DNA from: Octopus sinensis
Taxonomy: Eukaryota
Direction of reading: 5' to 3'
NCBI RefSeq assembly: GCF_006345805.1
Contig: NC_043012.1
Coordinates: 37,758,001-37,822,000, forward strand
Length of the DNA stretch: 64,000 nt
Shown here: piece after piece, positions 53,566 to 64,000 of the stretch
Layout: every line of letters begins with the position of its first letter
Position numbering within the stretch: position 1 is the first letter of the stretch
Translations under genes and position numbers: made by a program
Notes under the pieces: model-generated
Seen by the model: only the letters and a program-made list of their open reading frames with translations
Database searches by the model: none
Told to the model about the DNA's origin: nothing

Positions 53566-54109
53566 GTGGTTGGGAAATAAACAAAAACAATACAAATGAA
53601 TGCAAACTCATGTAAGCTCCTCATGTGTGTAGAAAGATATATTTTTCAACACATAAATACTGACAGGGCAGTATTTATAGGATAAGATCCTTTTAGAGCT
53701 GAAAAGTTTGTCGGCAACTAGCCATGAGGATCAAACTCACACCCCTCTTATATCTGGTCATGCTGACCGACAAATTCTTTTGCAATTTTTTAGAAGTTAT
53801 AAAGTCATCCAGAAATGCCAGATGTCGTATAGATTACTTCAAATGTAAACAAACATAAGTTTGTTTTTGAAGCGTTGAAATATATTGTAGAAGATGTAGA
53901 AGAGTATATTTTTCAACGCATAAATACTGACAGAACAGCATACATAGGATAGAATCCTTTTCGAGCAAAAAATCAATTATAATTATTTTAATTATCCATT
54001 TTTTTGTCCAGTGACACTCATTTTCTTAGCCACGACCGACCTAGTTACAGCAACAACCACAGTGAAACCATTCTAAGACATGCTCTAGCCTCACACTATT
54101 CTCTTGCAG

Positions 54110-54308
54110 CTGATTGATGAGGCTAGCATCATGCTGGAACGCAGAGAACAAGAACACTTGACTCAGTCGCTGCTATTCCATGATTATCTTGCCACTAAAA
54201 CAGTTTCCACATCTCATTTACATCCTGACAATCCAACCATGAACCCTTGGATCACTGTCAACACACTCGAGCAACGAACTCCAAGCAGACTCCCTAAACA
54301 TCATACAG
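54110..54308 (+). CDS. THAP gene exon 3 (LIDEASIMLERREQEHLTQSLLFHDYLATK...LPKHHT)
   Basis: Acceptor ctattctcttgcAG, phase 0; 199 nt open frame (part of ORF 54104-54391); strong donor CAG|GTGAGT, phase 1. Confidence 0.85.
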
Positions 54309-55106
54309 GTGAGTTATCTTCTTTTTCTGTCTTCGAGGTTGTTTTTTGTTTTGTTTTGTTTTTTGCTTTCTCAAAAAAGGAGTGTAAGTAGCGGGGCTCC
54401 AAAAGAGGTCTCAGGGGGTAGCGTCCCTGCCTTCGTGTGCTAGTTTTCCACCACATTCCTTAAAACTCGTGGTAGAGGCCTTAGTCTTGGGACCACTCAT
54501 GTCTAGAAAGTGAGGTTGGGAGTGAGCAAGGGCCTGCTCCCCGCAGAAAATCCAGCTCCAAAAAAGCCTCATGACAGCCAAGGAGAATGGACACCTGCCA
54601 GCCAGCCCAAAGGTTAGGGTGGGATGCACCTGCCTACCTCGGTTGCTATGGCATTGAAGTAGATCTGGCCACCCCTGTTAACAGGGACAAAACCAAGATT
54701 AAGGAGTAAGTCATCACTTCTGATCCCCACCATGACCTTCTGTAAAAACTCTGATGTTGGTAGGGGTAAGGGAGCAAGAAGCTATGGTTCATAGCAGTCA
54801 CTTTGAGACAGACAACACAGGAAGATGGAGTTGAGATGGGAAGGAAATGCTAACAAATGCAAAGTTGTTATGAAGCAGGCAAGTTGAGAAGAGTGGGAAT
54901 TCTATTTTACAATGACAACAGCATCCTGTGTGTTTGGTGTTGGCTTAGATTTTGTTACTGTTTATGACTCATTGGCTCATGTTGATAAATTCAATTTGAT
55001 AAATTATTCATTTATAAATCCCTAGTTGTGTGCATACACAAACAATATGCACACATATATACACAACAAATGATTGTATCTGCATTTCTGTACAAATAGC
55101 CATGCT

Positions 55107-55158
<52 letters not shown>

Positions 55159-55162
55159 AATA

Positions 55163-55658
55163 TATATATACCAATTAAGGACTGAACACGAAAAAGTGGA
55201 CAGTCAACATGCTAGATATAGACGTCAAATCGCCATTCTCCACAAAAGATTATGTTCTCAGATCAAACTCAACACAAACCCAAGCAATAAACAAGTGAAA
55301 ATATACGAAAAATAATACTCAAGGTGAAAGGCATTTGAAATACACATTCGGATGTAATCGGTTGAACTCTACGCACGTGATGATACTCCGGTATCGTTTT
55401 TGCATCTAGTTCAGCAGATTTCATTCAGACCGGCCATGCTGATGAAGACTACGGGTATCCTTACAGATAATAATAGTCGAAACTGATTCAGTACATGGAT
55501 GAGTATTATTTTTCGTATATTTTCACTTGTTTATTGCTTGGGTTTGTGTTGAGTTTGATCTGAGAACATAATCTTTTGTGGAGAATGGCGATTTGACGTC
55601 TATATCTAGCATGTTGACTGTCCACTTTTTCGTGTTCAGTCCTTAATTGGTATATATA
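55163..55658. repeat. Fold-back element: ~158-bp inverted arms with a 180-nt spacer containing the HHR
   Basis: 55163-55320 is the reverse complement of 55501-55658 (no mismatch seen); flanked by (TA)n. Penelope-like origin is inferred. Confidence 0.9.
55434..55498 (+). ncRNA. Type I hammerhead ribozyme motif, complete, in THAP intron 3
   Basis: CCAUG-CUGAUGA-A-GACUA..UAGUC-GAA-ACUG(AUU)CAGU-A-CAUGG. Stems I, II and III all pair; GUA cleavage triplet ends at 55493. Confidence 0.85.
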
Positions 55659-57239
55659 AATATTTAATCTTCGGATTTTTTTAATATGTTAGACCACTGG
55701 TTTTAATTGATAAATATTGATTTCTACCCTTAATTAATTATATATAAATATATATATATATATATATGTACACTTATATAAATTTTATACACCTCATGCA
55801 TTGTATCTCTGTATCCATACGTATGTACAGTGAGCCTTTATTCACACTTCATTGGTACATGTATATATATATATATATACACACGTGTGTTTGTGTGTGT
55901 TGAAATGGATTTTGTTGTATCTTATGAGGTGGGGGTTATTATGCCAATAATAAACACACACTGGTTCTGTTTCACTTCAGTATTATTCATCAATTCGTTA
56001 GCTATTTAACTAATTAACTAATCAACTGGTTGATTAATCATTCGGTTAATTGGTCAGTCAGTCATGTGTGTCAAAGTCCTTTCATCACCATTTGGGCCAT
56101 CAACAATGAGATGCCTTCTCTGCTTCAGGTCTGTCTGTTTGTCTTTTAGTTTTGGTTTCAGTAATTCTATAGTTTTATGGTTGTGGGTGGGAATGTATGC
56201 GAGGAGGAGACAAACAGATCTAAAAGACAGACACACAGACACATGAAGCTGACCTGGAGAGGAGAAAACATGTTATTGAAGAGGTTGCAAATGACAAAGA
56301 AAAGGACCTTCACAAACACAATTGATTAATTGATTTACTAAATGATTATTGAAACAATTGATGAGTTATTTTGGTGAAACGGTCAACCAACCGACAAATA
56401 ACCAAGGTTAGCTTAAAAGCCGCACTCTGTGCTGACTTTTAGGTTAGCTCTTGGGGAAGACCAATTTGGCCAGTGGTCCAAAACTAGGGAGATCCATAAG
56501 GATAAAACATTTACTGGTACCCAACCAATGTGGTATTACTTTTAATTTAGTTTAAATGAAAAACTTGTAAGTTCACAAACTTTTGGAGTTCTTTTAAAAT
56601 TTGAATCTTCAACTGTTAGCTTATAACGATTCCTCATCCAGACCTGATCCCAATGCTGGATGTTCAAGAGCTAAATTAAGGGCAGATTTTCATTTTCGGG
56701 ATCATCCTGACTCCAAAAGGGGATAATATGTCTATGTAGAGCAAATGTAGACATATACAGGGGTGTATCCTGGATGGACAGATGGGCAGACAGAAATCTG
56801 CATTTATTCATCATCATCATTTAACATCCGCTTTCCATGCTAGCATGGGTTGGATGATTTGACTGAGGAATGGCGAACCAGATGGCTGCACCAGGCTCCA
56901 ATCTGATCTGGCAGAGTTTCTACAGCTGGATGCCCTTCCTAATGCCAACCACTCTGAGAGTGTAAGATGTGAAACTGAACCACTGCATGTCTCTATTATT
57001 GGCCTACTGACCCCTCCCAAAATACAACGGCAATCTAGGGATAATTCCATCAAGGTTGACTTTGCCTTTCATCCTTTCAGGATTGATAAAATAAGTATCG
57101 GTTGCATACTGGGGTCGTTGTAATCGACTTAATTCCTTCCTTTGAAATTACTGTGCCAAAATTTGAAGCCAGTCTCGGAATATATATTCTTCAGTAATTG
57201 TTATCTGACATCTTTTGTGTGTCTCTTGCTGTTTTCCAG

Positions 57240-57327
57240 ATGACTGTGGTGTTTATTTTGGTAACAACATAACACAGAAACATGGAGAAAATAAGTCTAA
57301 GCCAGAAATCAAAGAAGATAACCTTGA
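57240..57327 (+). CDS. THAP gene exon 4 (D-DCGVYFGNNITQKHGENKSKPEIKEDNL-E)
   Basis: Acceptor gtctcttgctgttttccAG; 88 nt = 2+84+2, open in the phase-1 frame. Donor GA|GTAAGG; if the intron is retained the frame ends GAG TAA. Confidence 0.75.
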
Positions 57328-57466
57328 GTAAGGCAAAGAAAACAAACAAAAATATATAGATAACAAAACAAAAAAAAAAGCAATCTATTCTTAATTATGT
57401 GCTAATTATGTTTTCTTTGTTCCTTTTTCTTGTTTTAACGAAACTATTTTGTTATTATAACTTTAG

Positions 57467-57476
57467 AAACTGCTGA
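57467..57476 (+). CDS. THAP gene putative terminal coding exon 5 (E-N-C-stop)
   Basis: Acceptor ttattataactttAG after a 139-nt intron; phase 2 gives GAA AAC TGC TGA. Total CDS 636 nt = 211 aa. Candidate ATTAAA signals at 58051 and 58124. Confidence 0.55.
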
Positions 57477-57477
57477 A

Positions 57478-57775
57478 ATCATTATTATCATCATCATCAT
57501 TATCTCCATCATCCTCATCATCATCATCATCATCACCACCACCACCACAATCTCCACCACCACCATAATCATCACCACCACCAACAACATCAGTCATCAG
57601 CACACCAACCACTACCACCTCCACCAACCACTACCACCACCATTATAATCATCATCACCGCCACCACCAAGACCACCTCCACCACCACCAACATCAATCA
57701 TCACCATCGTTATAATCATCATTGCCACCAGCAACATCATCATAATCATCATCATCGTCTTAATTATCACCATGA
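57478..57775 (+). repeat. Degenerate (CAT/CAC)n tract just after the THAP stop codon
   Basis: Read directly. Confidence 0.9.
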
Positions 57776-58335
57776 CATCAGTAAATTTCAGAACCGGCAG
57801 ACTGTCGAACTAAGAGAATACACTGCAGTGCTTGGTTACATCACATCAGAGTTCAATTCCCTGGACCATACTCTTTCACTCGGAGGAAGGAGTCTGCAAA
57901 ACAACTACCAGTAAAATACTGGGGGAAAGCGGAAGGGTCCTTAACTGCATTGACTTTGTATCTGAGCTCCACAAATTCTGGGCTTTGTTTCTGCATTGGA
58001 AAAAAAACAAAAACACGTTCATTATTATTCTCGTTAAGATTGTAAATATCATTAAACAGAACATTGCACCACACAAGTTATGCTCGTTTCAGGACATATC
58101 GTTACAGTATTGTTAAATTGTGAATTAAAACCCTGTCTAGCCTTGACTTTAAAACTCTCAAAGAGTTGATAAAAAATGGTAAGCATCAAATATTGAACTC
58201 CATGTTTTTCTCTCCAAGAATTTGTAATCTTTATCTTAGAAACGACAATCTTATTATCATTATCTTCACCACCTCTACCATCGTAATTTTCTCCTTTGTC
58301 TTTTTCATCTTCCTTCTTTTCCTCTTCATTTCTAC

Positions 58336-58381
<46 letters not shown>

Positions 58382-59019
58382 GGGCTACAGCAAATATTCT
58401 GCTCAATACGACAGGTTTGCTTGTCATTTGTTTGTGCTTAACCTGTTGAGTATGTCCCTTGGTAGCTGACGATATGTGCATCTCTGATCACAAGCAGAAG
58501 TAGTGGGAGAGCATCATAGCTGTGTGTTGAAAGGAATTCTTGGAAGCTTGGATAATTCACCTTTGGAAACATGGGTGTTTCGTTCAATATCCTTAAACAA
58601 TCCTCATTCAGTGACCTTTTGAGCGGGATGGGTTACTCAGCCAGAAGAAAATCCTAACTGGTCCCCACCTGCAAAGTCATGCGCTGTTTATCTTGGTATG
58701 AGATCACCATGTCGCGCACATATGGTTGTGATATATGTGCCTGGTGTACCCTTATCAGACAGGTAGTCATGATGGGTATACTGGGCTTTGTATATTTTAC
58801 CCCAGTGTCACTTTGATGGCATGTACTGCTCTCTCACTCAATAATAATAATAATAATCTTTTCTACCGAAGGCACAGGCTTGAAATTTGGGTGAGGGGGG
58901 TTGATTACATTGACCTCAGTGCTCCACTGGTATTTGTTTCATCGAACCCGGAAGGATGAAAGGCAAAGTTCACCTTGGTGTAATTTTAATGATAATAATA
59001 ATAATAATAATTATTATTA

Positions 59020-59440
59020 TTAATTCTTTTATTAGCCACAAGAGCTCACATACAAAACACTAAAAGACATTCACAGCATAAGACCAAAAACAGGACGATA
59101 CAATGGGTTTTTGTGTGTATAACACACAAATAAGAAAAAAGTGGAACAAATTAAACTCCCAATGGAGAGGTGCTTTAAGGTCCTCATGGAAAACCCCACA
59201 AAAGCCATAGGTGTCTGAACAACAGAGCAAGAACCTTTTTTTTTTTGTTTACAGGTGTACACTCAGAACTGGCCCTTTCACACTGGCCATTCTTCCAACA
59301 TTCATCGACCTTTCAACAAATTTGCTACAAAGGCAACACTCCCCTCTCCACCCTCAACTTCCTGTTCAAGTGAAACTTGGAAACGTTGATGAGGGCTTGG
59401 CCAAAGAGGAAAGTGTCTGTCTTTAGCCCTTTAATAATAA
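59020..59440 (-). mobile_element. 3' end of an L1/Tx1-like LINE (second copy ~51040-51520)
   Basis: GLKTDTFLFGQALINVSKFHLNRKLRVER C-terminal-like peptide, with a shared 3'UTR ending in CCCTTGTGGCCAATAA-(AAT)n. Clade assignment is tentative. Confidence 0.5.
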
Positions 59441-60286
59441 TAATAATAGTAATAATAATAATTCTTTCATTATTGGCCACAAGGGCCACAAAAACACTTA
59501 AGATACTACAAAGACAAAGAAAAACATTAAACAATAAAAACAATAACAATTTGCAAAAATTACCCAAAAGGGAGGAAAATCCTACCCAAGGGCAACAGAG
59601 GAACCCCACAAACTCTGAGTACCCTGGTTTAGTGGCATTTCTTGTGACTACATTCAAATTCTGCTGGAGTTGACTTTGCTTTTGATCATTTCAGGGTTGA
59701 TAAAATAAATACCAGTTATGCACTGGGGTTGATGTGATCAACAACCATCTGACCCCAAAATTTCTGGCATTTTGCCTATAGAAGAAAGGATTATTGTTAT
59801 CGTTAAGAAATGCTACCGAATTTGACTTTGCCTTTCGTTTTTCCAGGGTTGATAAATTAAGTACCAGTTTAGTATGGGGTGGGGTCAATGTAATCGACTT
59901 ACCCCGCCCCCCCAAATTTCAGGCCTTGTGCCTATAGAAGAAAGGATTATTATTAAGGTAGCAAGTTGGCAGAAATGTTAGCATGCTGGGTGAAATGCTT
60001 AGCTGTATTTCGTTTTTGTCTTTACTTTCTGAGTTCAAATTCTGCCAATTTGAAACCATTATTATTATCATTCAGGTGGTGAGTTGGCAGAATTATTAGC
60101 ACACCAGGTAAAGTGCTTAGTGATATTTTGTCTGCCACTATGTTCTGAGTTCAAATTCCGCTGAGGTTGACTTTGCCTTTCATCCTTTTGGGGTTCAATG
60201 AAATAAGTACCAGTTACACACTGGGGTCAATGTAATTGACTATCCCCCTTCCCCCAAAATTTTTAAGGTCTTGTGCCTAGAGTAGA

Positions 60287-60321
<35 letters not shown>

Positions 60322-60348
60322 CAACAATAACAATAATAATAATAACAA

Positions 60349-60379
<31 letters not shown>

Positions 60380-60759
60380 AATTATTATTATTATTAAGTT
60401 GGTGAACTGGTAGAAGCATTAGCATGCTGGGTGAAATGCTTAGCGGAATTTTGTCCGTCTTCATATTCTGAGTTCAAATTCCACTGAGGTCAACTATGTC
60501 TTTCATCCTTTCAGGGTCGATGAAATAAGTAGCAATTATGAACTAGTCCCCTCCCACCCAAATTTCAAGCCTTGTACCTATAATAGAAAAGATTATTATT
60601 GTCATTTCAAATACCTTCAGAGGGTCAACTTTGCCTTTCATCTTTTGGGGGTCTATAAAAGTAAGTGCCCATTGAGCACTGGGGTTGATGTAATAAACTA
60701 GCTCCTTCCCCAGAATTCTGGGCGCTTTGTGCCTATAACAGAAAGAATCATCAGCATCA

Positions 60760-60813
<54 letters not shown>

Positions 60814-62130
60814 CTTACATACACACACACACACATATACTTATCTCTTTAACTCTATATCCTCATGGTTTCTATGTTACATACCTCACCCATGACAGAA
60901 GTTCTAACACATTTTATTTTTTATTTAAACACAAAACAATTTCCTTTTCCCTTACATTCAGTCGTCCTTTTTAACATTCCTGTTCCTACCATCTTGTCTT
61001 TGAAGTTGCTAAAATAATTATTGGTTTAGTTGGTTCCCAAGAAATTAGGTTCCCTATGCATCGTTATATAGCATCAGTGATGCTATTCCTGTATGAGGAT
61101 GCATTTGTCTTTTTCTGTGTTCAGAGATCAGAGGGTCCCTGGAATGGTTGTGACCAGAGAATGTCATCAGTCTGCAAAGCCAAGAGCCTCATCCCTTGCT
61201 TGAGATAGGCGAGTCTGTTTTGCTTTTTGCTGATCATTTCATAATAACTATTTGTGCACAGCTGAGTTGCTAATTCTGCATTCAATACAGAACAATGATG
61301 CTAACCCAACGCTCTACACAACTGTGTTGTTAACCTTTAATGTAATACACAACAAGCAGTACACAGCAGGGTTGCTAACCCCAAAATCAGTACACAACAG
61401 GGTTGCTAACCCTAATTCAATGCACAGAAGGGGAGGTAACCCACCACCTAACCCCCAACTTAAGTATTCGTGTCTGTGCTTAGAAGAGTTTTATTCTGCT
61501 ATTTCACAGACAAGTTGTAAGTGCTGTAATCTGTTGCTCCTGGGGGGAGTCCCACACCTACATACAGACACAAAATAACTTAATTAACCATTAAAAAAAC
61601 AAAAGATTTGCTTCTTTCTTGTTATTTGTTGTTTCAGTTAAGATTCCTCTCACTTTTTGCTGTTTCTGACCTTCAACATAAGAAATTAATATTATTATAA
61701 TTGGTGAGCTGACAGAATCGTTAGCACACTGGATGAAAGGCTTAGCAGTATCTCACCCATTGCTACATTCTGAGTTAAAATTCCGCTGAGGTCGACTTTG
61801 CCTATCATCCTTTCGGGGTCGATAAATAAAGTGCCGGTGAAACACTGGGGTCAATGTAATCGACTACTTCCCCACTTCTCCCAAATTTCAGACCTTAGAT
61901 TATTATTATTACTATTATGGCAGTTAGCTGGCAGAATTGTTATTATGCTGGACAAAATGCTTAGTTGCATTTTGTGCATTTGTACATTCTAAGTTCATAT
62001 TCTGCTGAAGTTGACTTTGCTTTTTGTCCTTTCGGGGTCGATAAATTAAGTACCAGTAAAACACTGGGGTCAATGTAATCAACTAGTCCCCTTCCCCCTA
62101 ATTTCACGCCTTGTACCTTTAGCACAAAGG

Positions 62131-62166
<36 letters not shown>

Positions 62167-63094
62167 TTCATTATGAGTAAGATGGTAGGGCAGCAGAAAG
62201 TGTAGCATTTCATCTCTATAGCATTCTGAGTTCGAATCTTGCCAAGGTCAATTTTGCTGGTCATTCCTGAAGACCTGTTAAAGACATTAAACCAAAATGT
62301 TACACTGGTTAAACTATTATGTTGACCATTATCATAACCATATGTAAGGGCATGAAAATGCCATTTTTGAAATATAAAGTGCCTCAGAAAAATCACCCCA
62401 GGTCCTTTATGTGAAGTTCCCCACCCCAGAAGGTAATTTTGTTCCTGATGCTGAATATGGGGTGTGTTTAATAGATCTATACATCTTTCAAGTTATTAAA
62501 CATGCTGTGTTGTTTATATACCCAGTTCTTACAGAGTAAGAGATCAATTCCTGGTGAGCTATGGGGTCTGTAGTCTAAGTTTAATCCCCAGTTCAACAGG
62601 TTTCACAGTTCATTTGCAATTATTCAATGTCCTCAGAAATGTATAAACATCACAACTTCCCATCTACTTAATATATAAAACAGTTGTGCCTAGTCAAAAG
62701 AAAGGATTATTTTTCCATATCACCTTTTTCAATCTAAGATTATAAATCTCTCAAAATCTCCCACATTTTCTCCTCTGCTTTTTAAGTTTTCTTTCTTTCC
62801 TTCCTTCCTTCCTTCTTTCTTTCTTTTCTTTCATCTCTATTTTTTATTCTATATTTCTTTCTCTCATTTCTTTATTTCTTATGTAACTTTAAAAAAAGTC
62901 TTTTTTATTCCTTCTCTCTTTCTTTCTTTCTTTCTCTTAACCCTTTTGATACCAACCTACTTAAAAACCACCCTTGGTTCCACGATACAAATTCCTTGTT
63001 TGAAAGTGATTTTACTTAAAACCTTCCATCAAAGGTCCATGCTAATTTATGGTCCCAAACTACAGATCAATAATGACAAAGTTATTTCACTAAT

Positions 63095-63240
63095 TTACAT
63101 TATTTACATTTGATGGATATTTCTCCTCATCTTGTTTGTTGTTAACACAATTGTTTTGGCTGATATACCTTCCAGCCTTCATCAGGTGTCTTGGGGGAAT
63201 TTCGAACCTGGGTTCTCATCCCTAAGGTATTTTTCGATAT

Positions 63241-63284
<44 letters not shown>

Positions 63285-63290
63285 ACACCA
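63095..63290 (-). mobile_element. HHR-SINE copy, head missing, (TAC)n linker on the + strand
   Basis: Same body and tail sequence as the copies at 1850, 5655 and 38200. Confidence 0.75.
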
Positions 63291-63353
63291 CCAACACCAC
63301 CACCCAAGACACCTGATGAAGGCTGGAGGGTATATCAGCCAAAATGTTGTGTT
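63144..63353. repeat. Inverted pair of degenerate SINE hammerhead segments
   Basis: 63144-63190 (-) and 63308-63353 (+) are ~50-bp inverted copies; both have GAAAC mutated (AAAAC, AAAAT), consistent with CpG decay. Confidence 0.7.
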
Positions 63354-64000
63354 ACTCGGATCATAACTCACTTTGGTCAAGGCTTAGTGGCATTTCTTCT
63401 GACTTGACGTTCTGAGTTCAAATACTGCTAGAGTCATCCTTACATTTCATCCTTTCAGGATGAATTAAATAAGTATCAGTTGAACACTGGGGTCATCCCT
63501 GAAATTGCTGGCCTTGTGCCGAAATTTGAAACCAATATTTTTTAATATTTAGATTAAAACACACCACAATGTTAAGTCCATATTTATTTTGTTTCAATGG
63601 TTTGGACATTTTCCTTCAGTCCATTCTTTTTCTTCGCAATCACTCATCTAATTACATTTTCATATTCATTCTCTGCTCTCTTTCCTCTTTATTTTGTTAT
63701 TTTGTTTATCAATTTAAGTATTATGGTCTCTTGATAGTATTACAAGCACAACATCGATTTTCCAGAACTTTCCGTTCCAAAGTCATTCTCGATTACTCAT
63801 TTTTTCCAAACCAGGGATGGACCACATTGGTCAACATACTCCAAATTAAACAAATATTAAAACTGATTAAATAATTTAATGAAATGAAGTACATTAATAT
63901 AAATGATACAAGTTTATTAATACTGTACTGTGCAAGGTATTAATTAGTGCATGGTACCAATAAACTAGTCTGGTGTCGACCGGAAACTGAAGTTCCTGCT

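Noticed and set aside
57474-57476. Selenocysteine codon (TGC-TGA followed by a His-rich frame, reminiscent of selenoprotein P)
   Set aside because: I could not identify a SECIS element, and THAP proteins are not known selenoproteins. A SECISearch run on the 3'UTR would be decisive.
57853-58076. Minus-strand ORFs as a separate gene's last exon
   Set aside because: No recognisable homology, and they overlap the inferred THAP 3'UTR.
45750-58200. P-element (THAP-transposase) remnant
   Set aside because: No transposase-like coding sequence or TIRs; the multi-exon structure fits a host gene.

Overview
AT-rich, microsatellite- and transposon-dense animal DNA. The repeat repertoire resembles octopus (coleoid cephalopod) sequence; this is recalled, not database-checked. 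I can support one protein-coding gene: a 5-exon, + strand THAP zinc-finger gene (CDS 45750-57476, 211 aa, phase-consistent GT-AG introns) that the ORF track only partly shows. The rest is mostly RTE LINE remnants (one near full length), Tc1/mariner and hAT relics, MITEs, Gypsy LTR remnants, several tRNA-headed SINE families and simple repeats. The most striking signal is a set of type I hammerhead ribozyme (HHR) motifs carried by several short non-autonomous element types. One type is a tRNA-headed SINE with a minimal HHR. Another is fold-back elements in or beside (TA)n tracts. These include a complete HHR in the sense strand of THAP intron 3 and a mirror pair with a G3-C8 compensatory swap in the catalytic core. 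All folds were read by eye; self-cleavage is untested.
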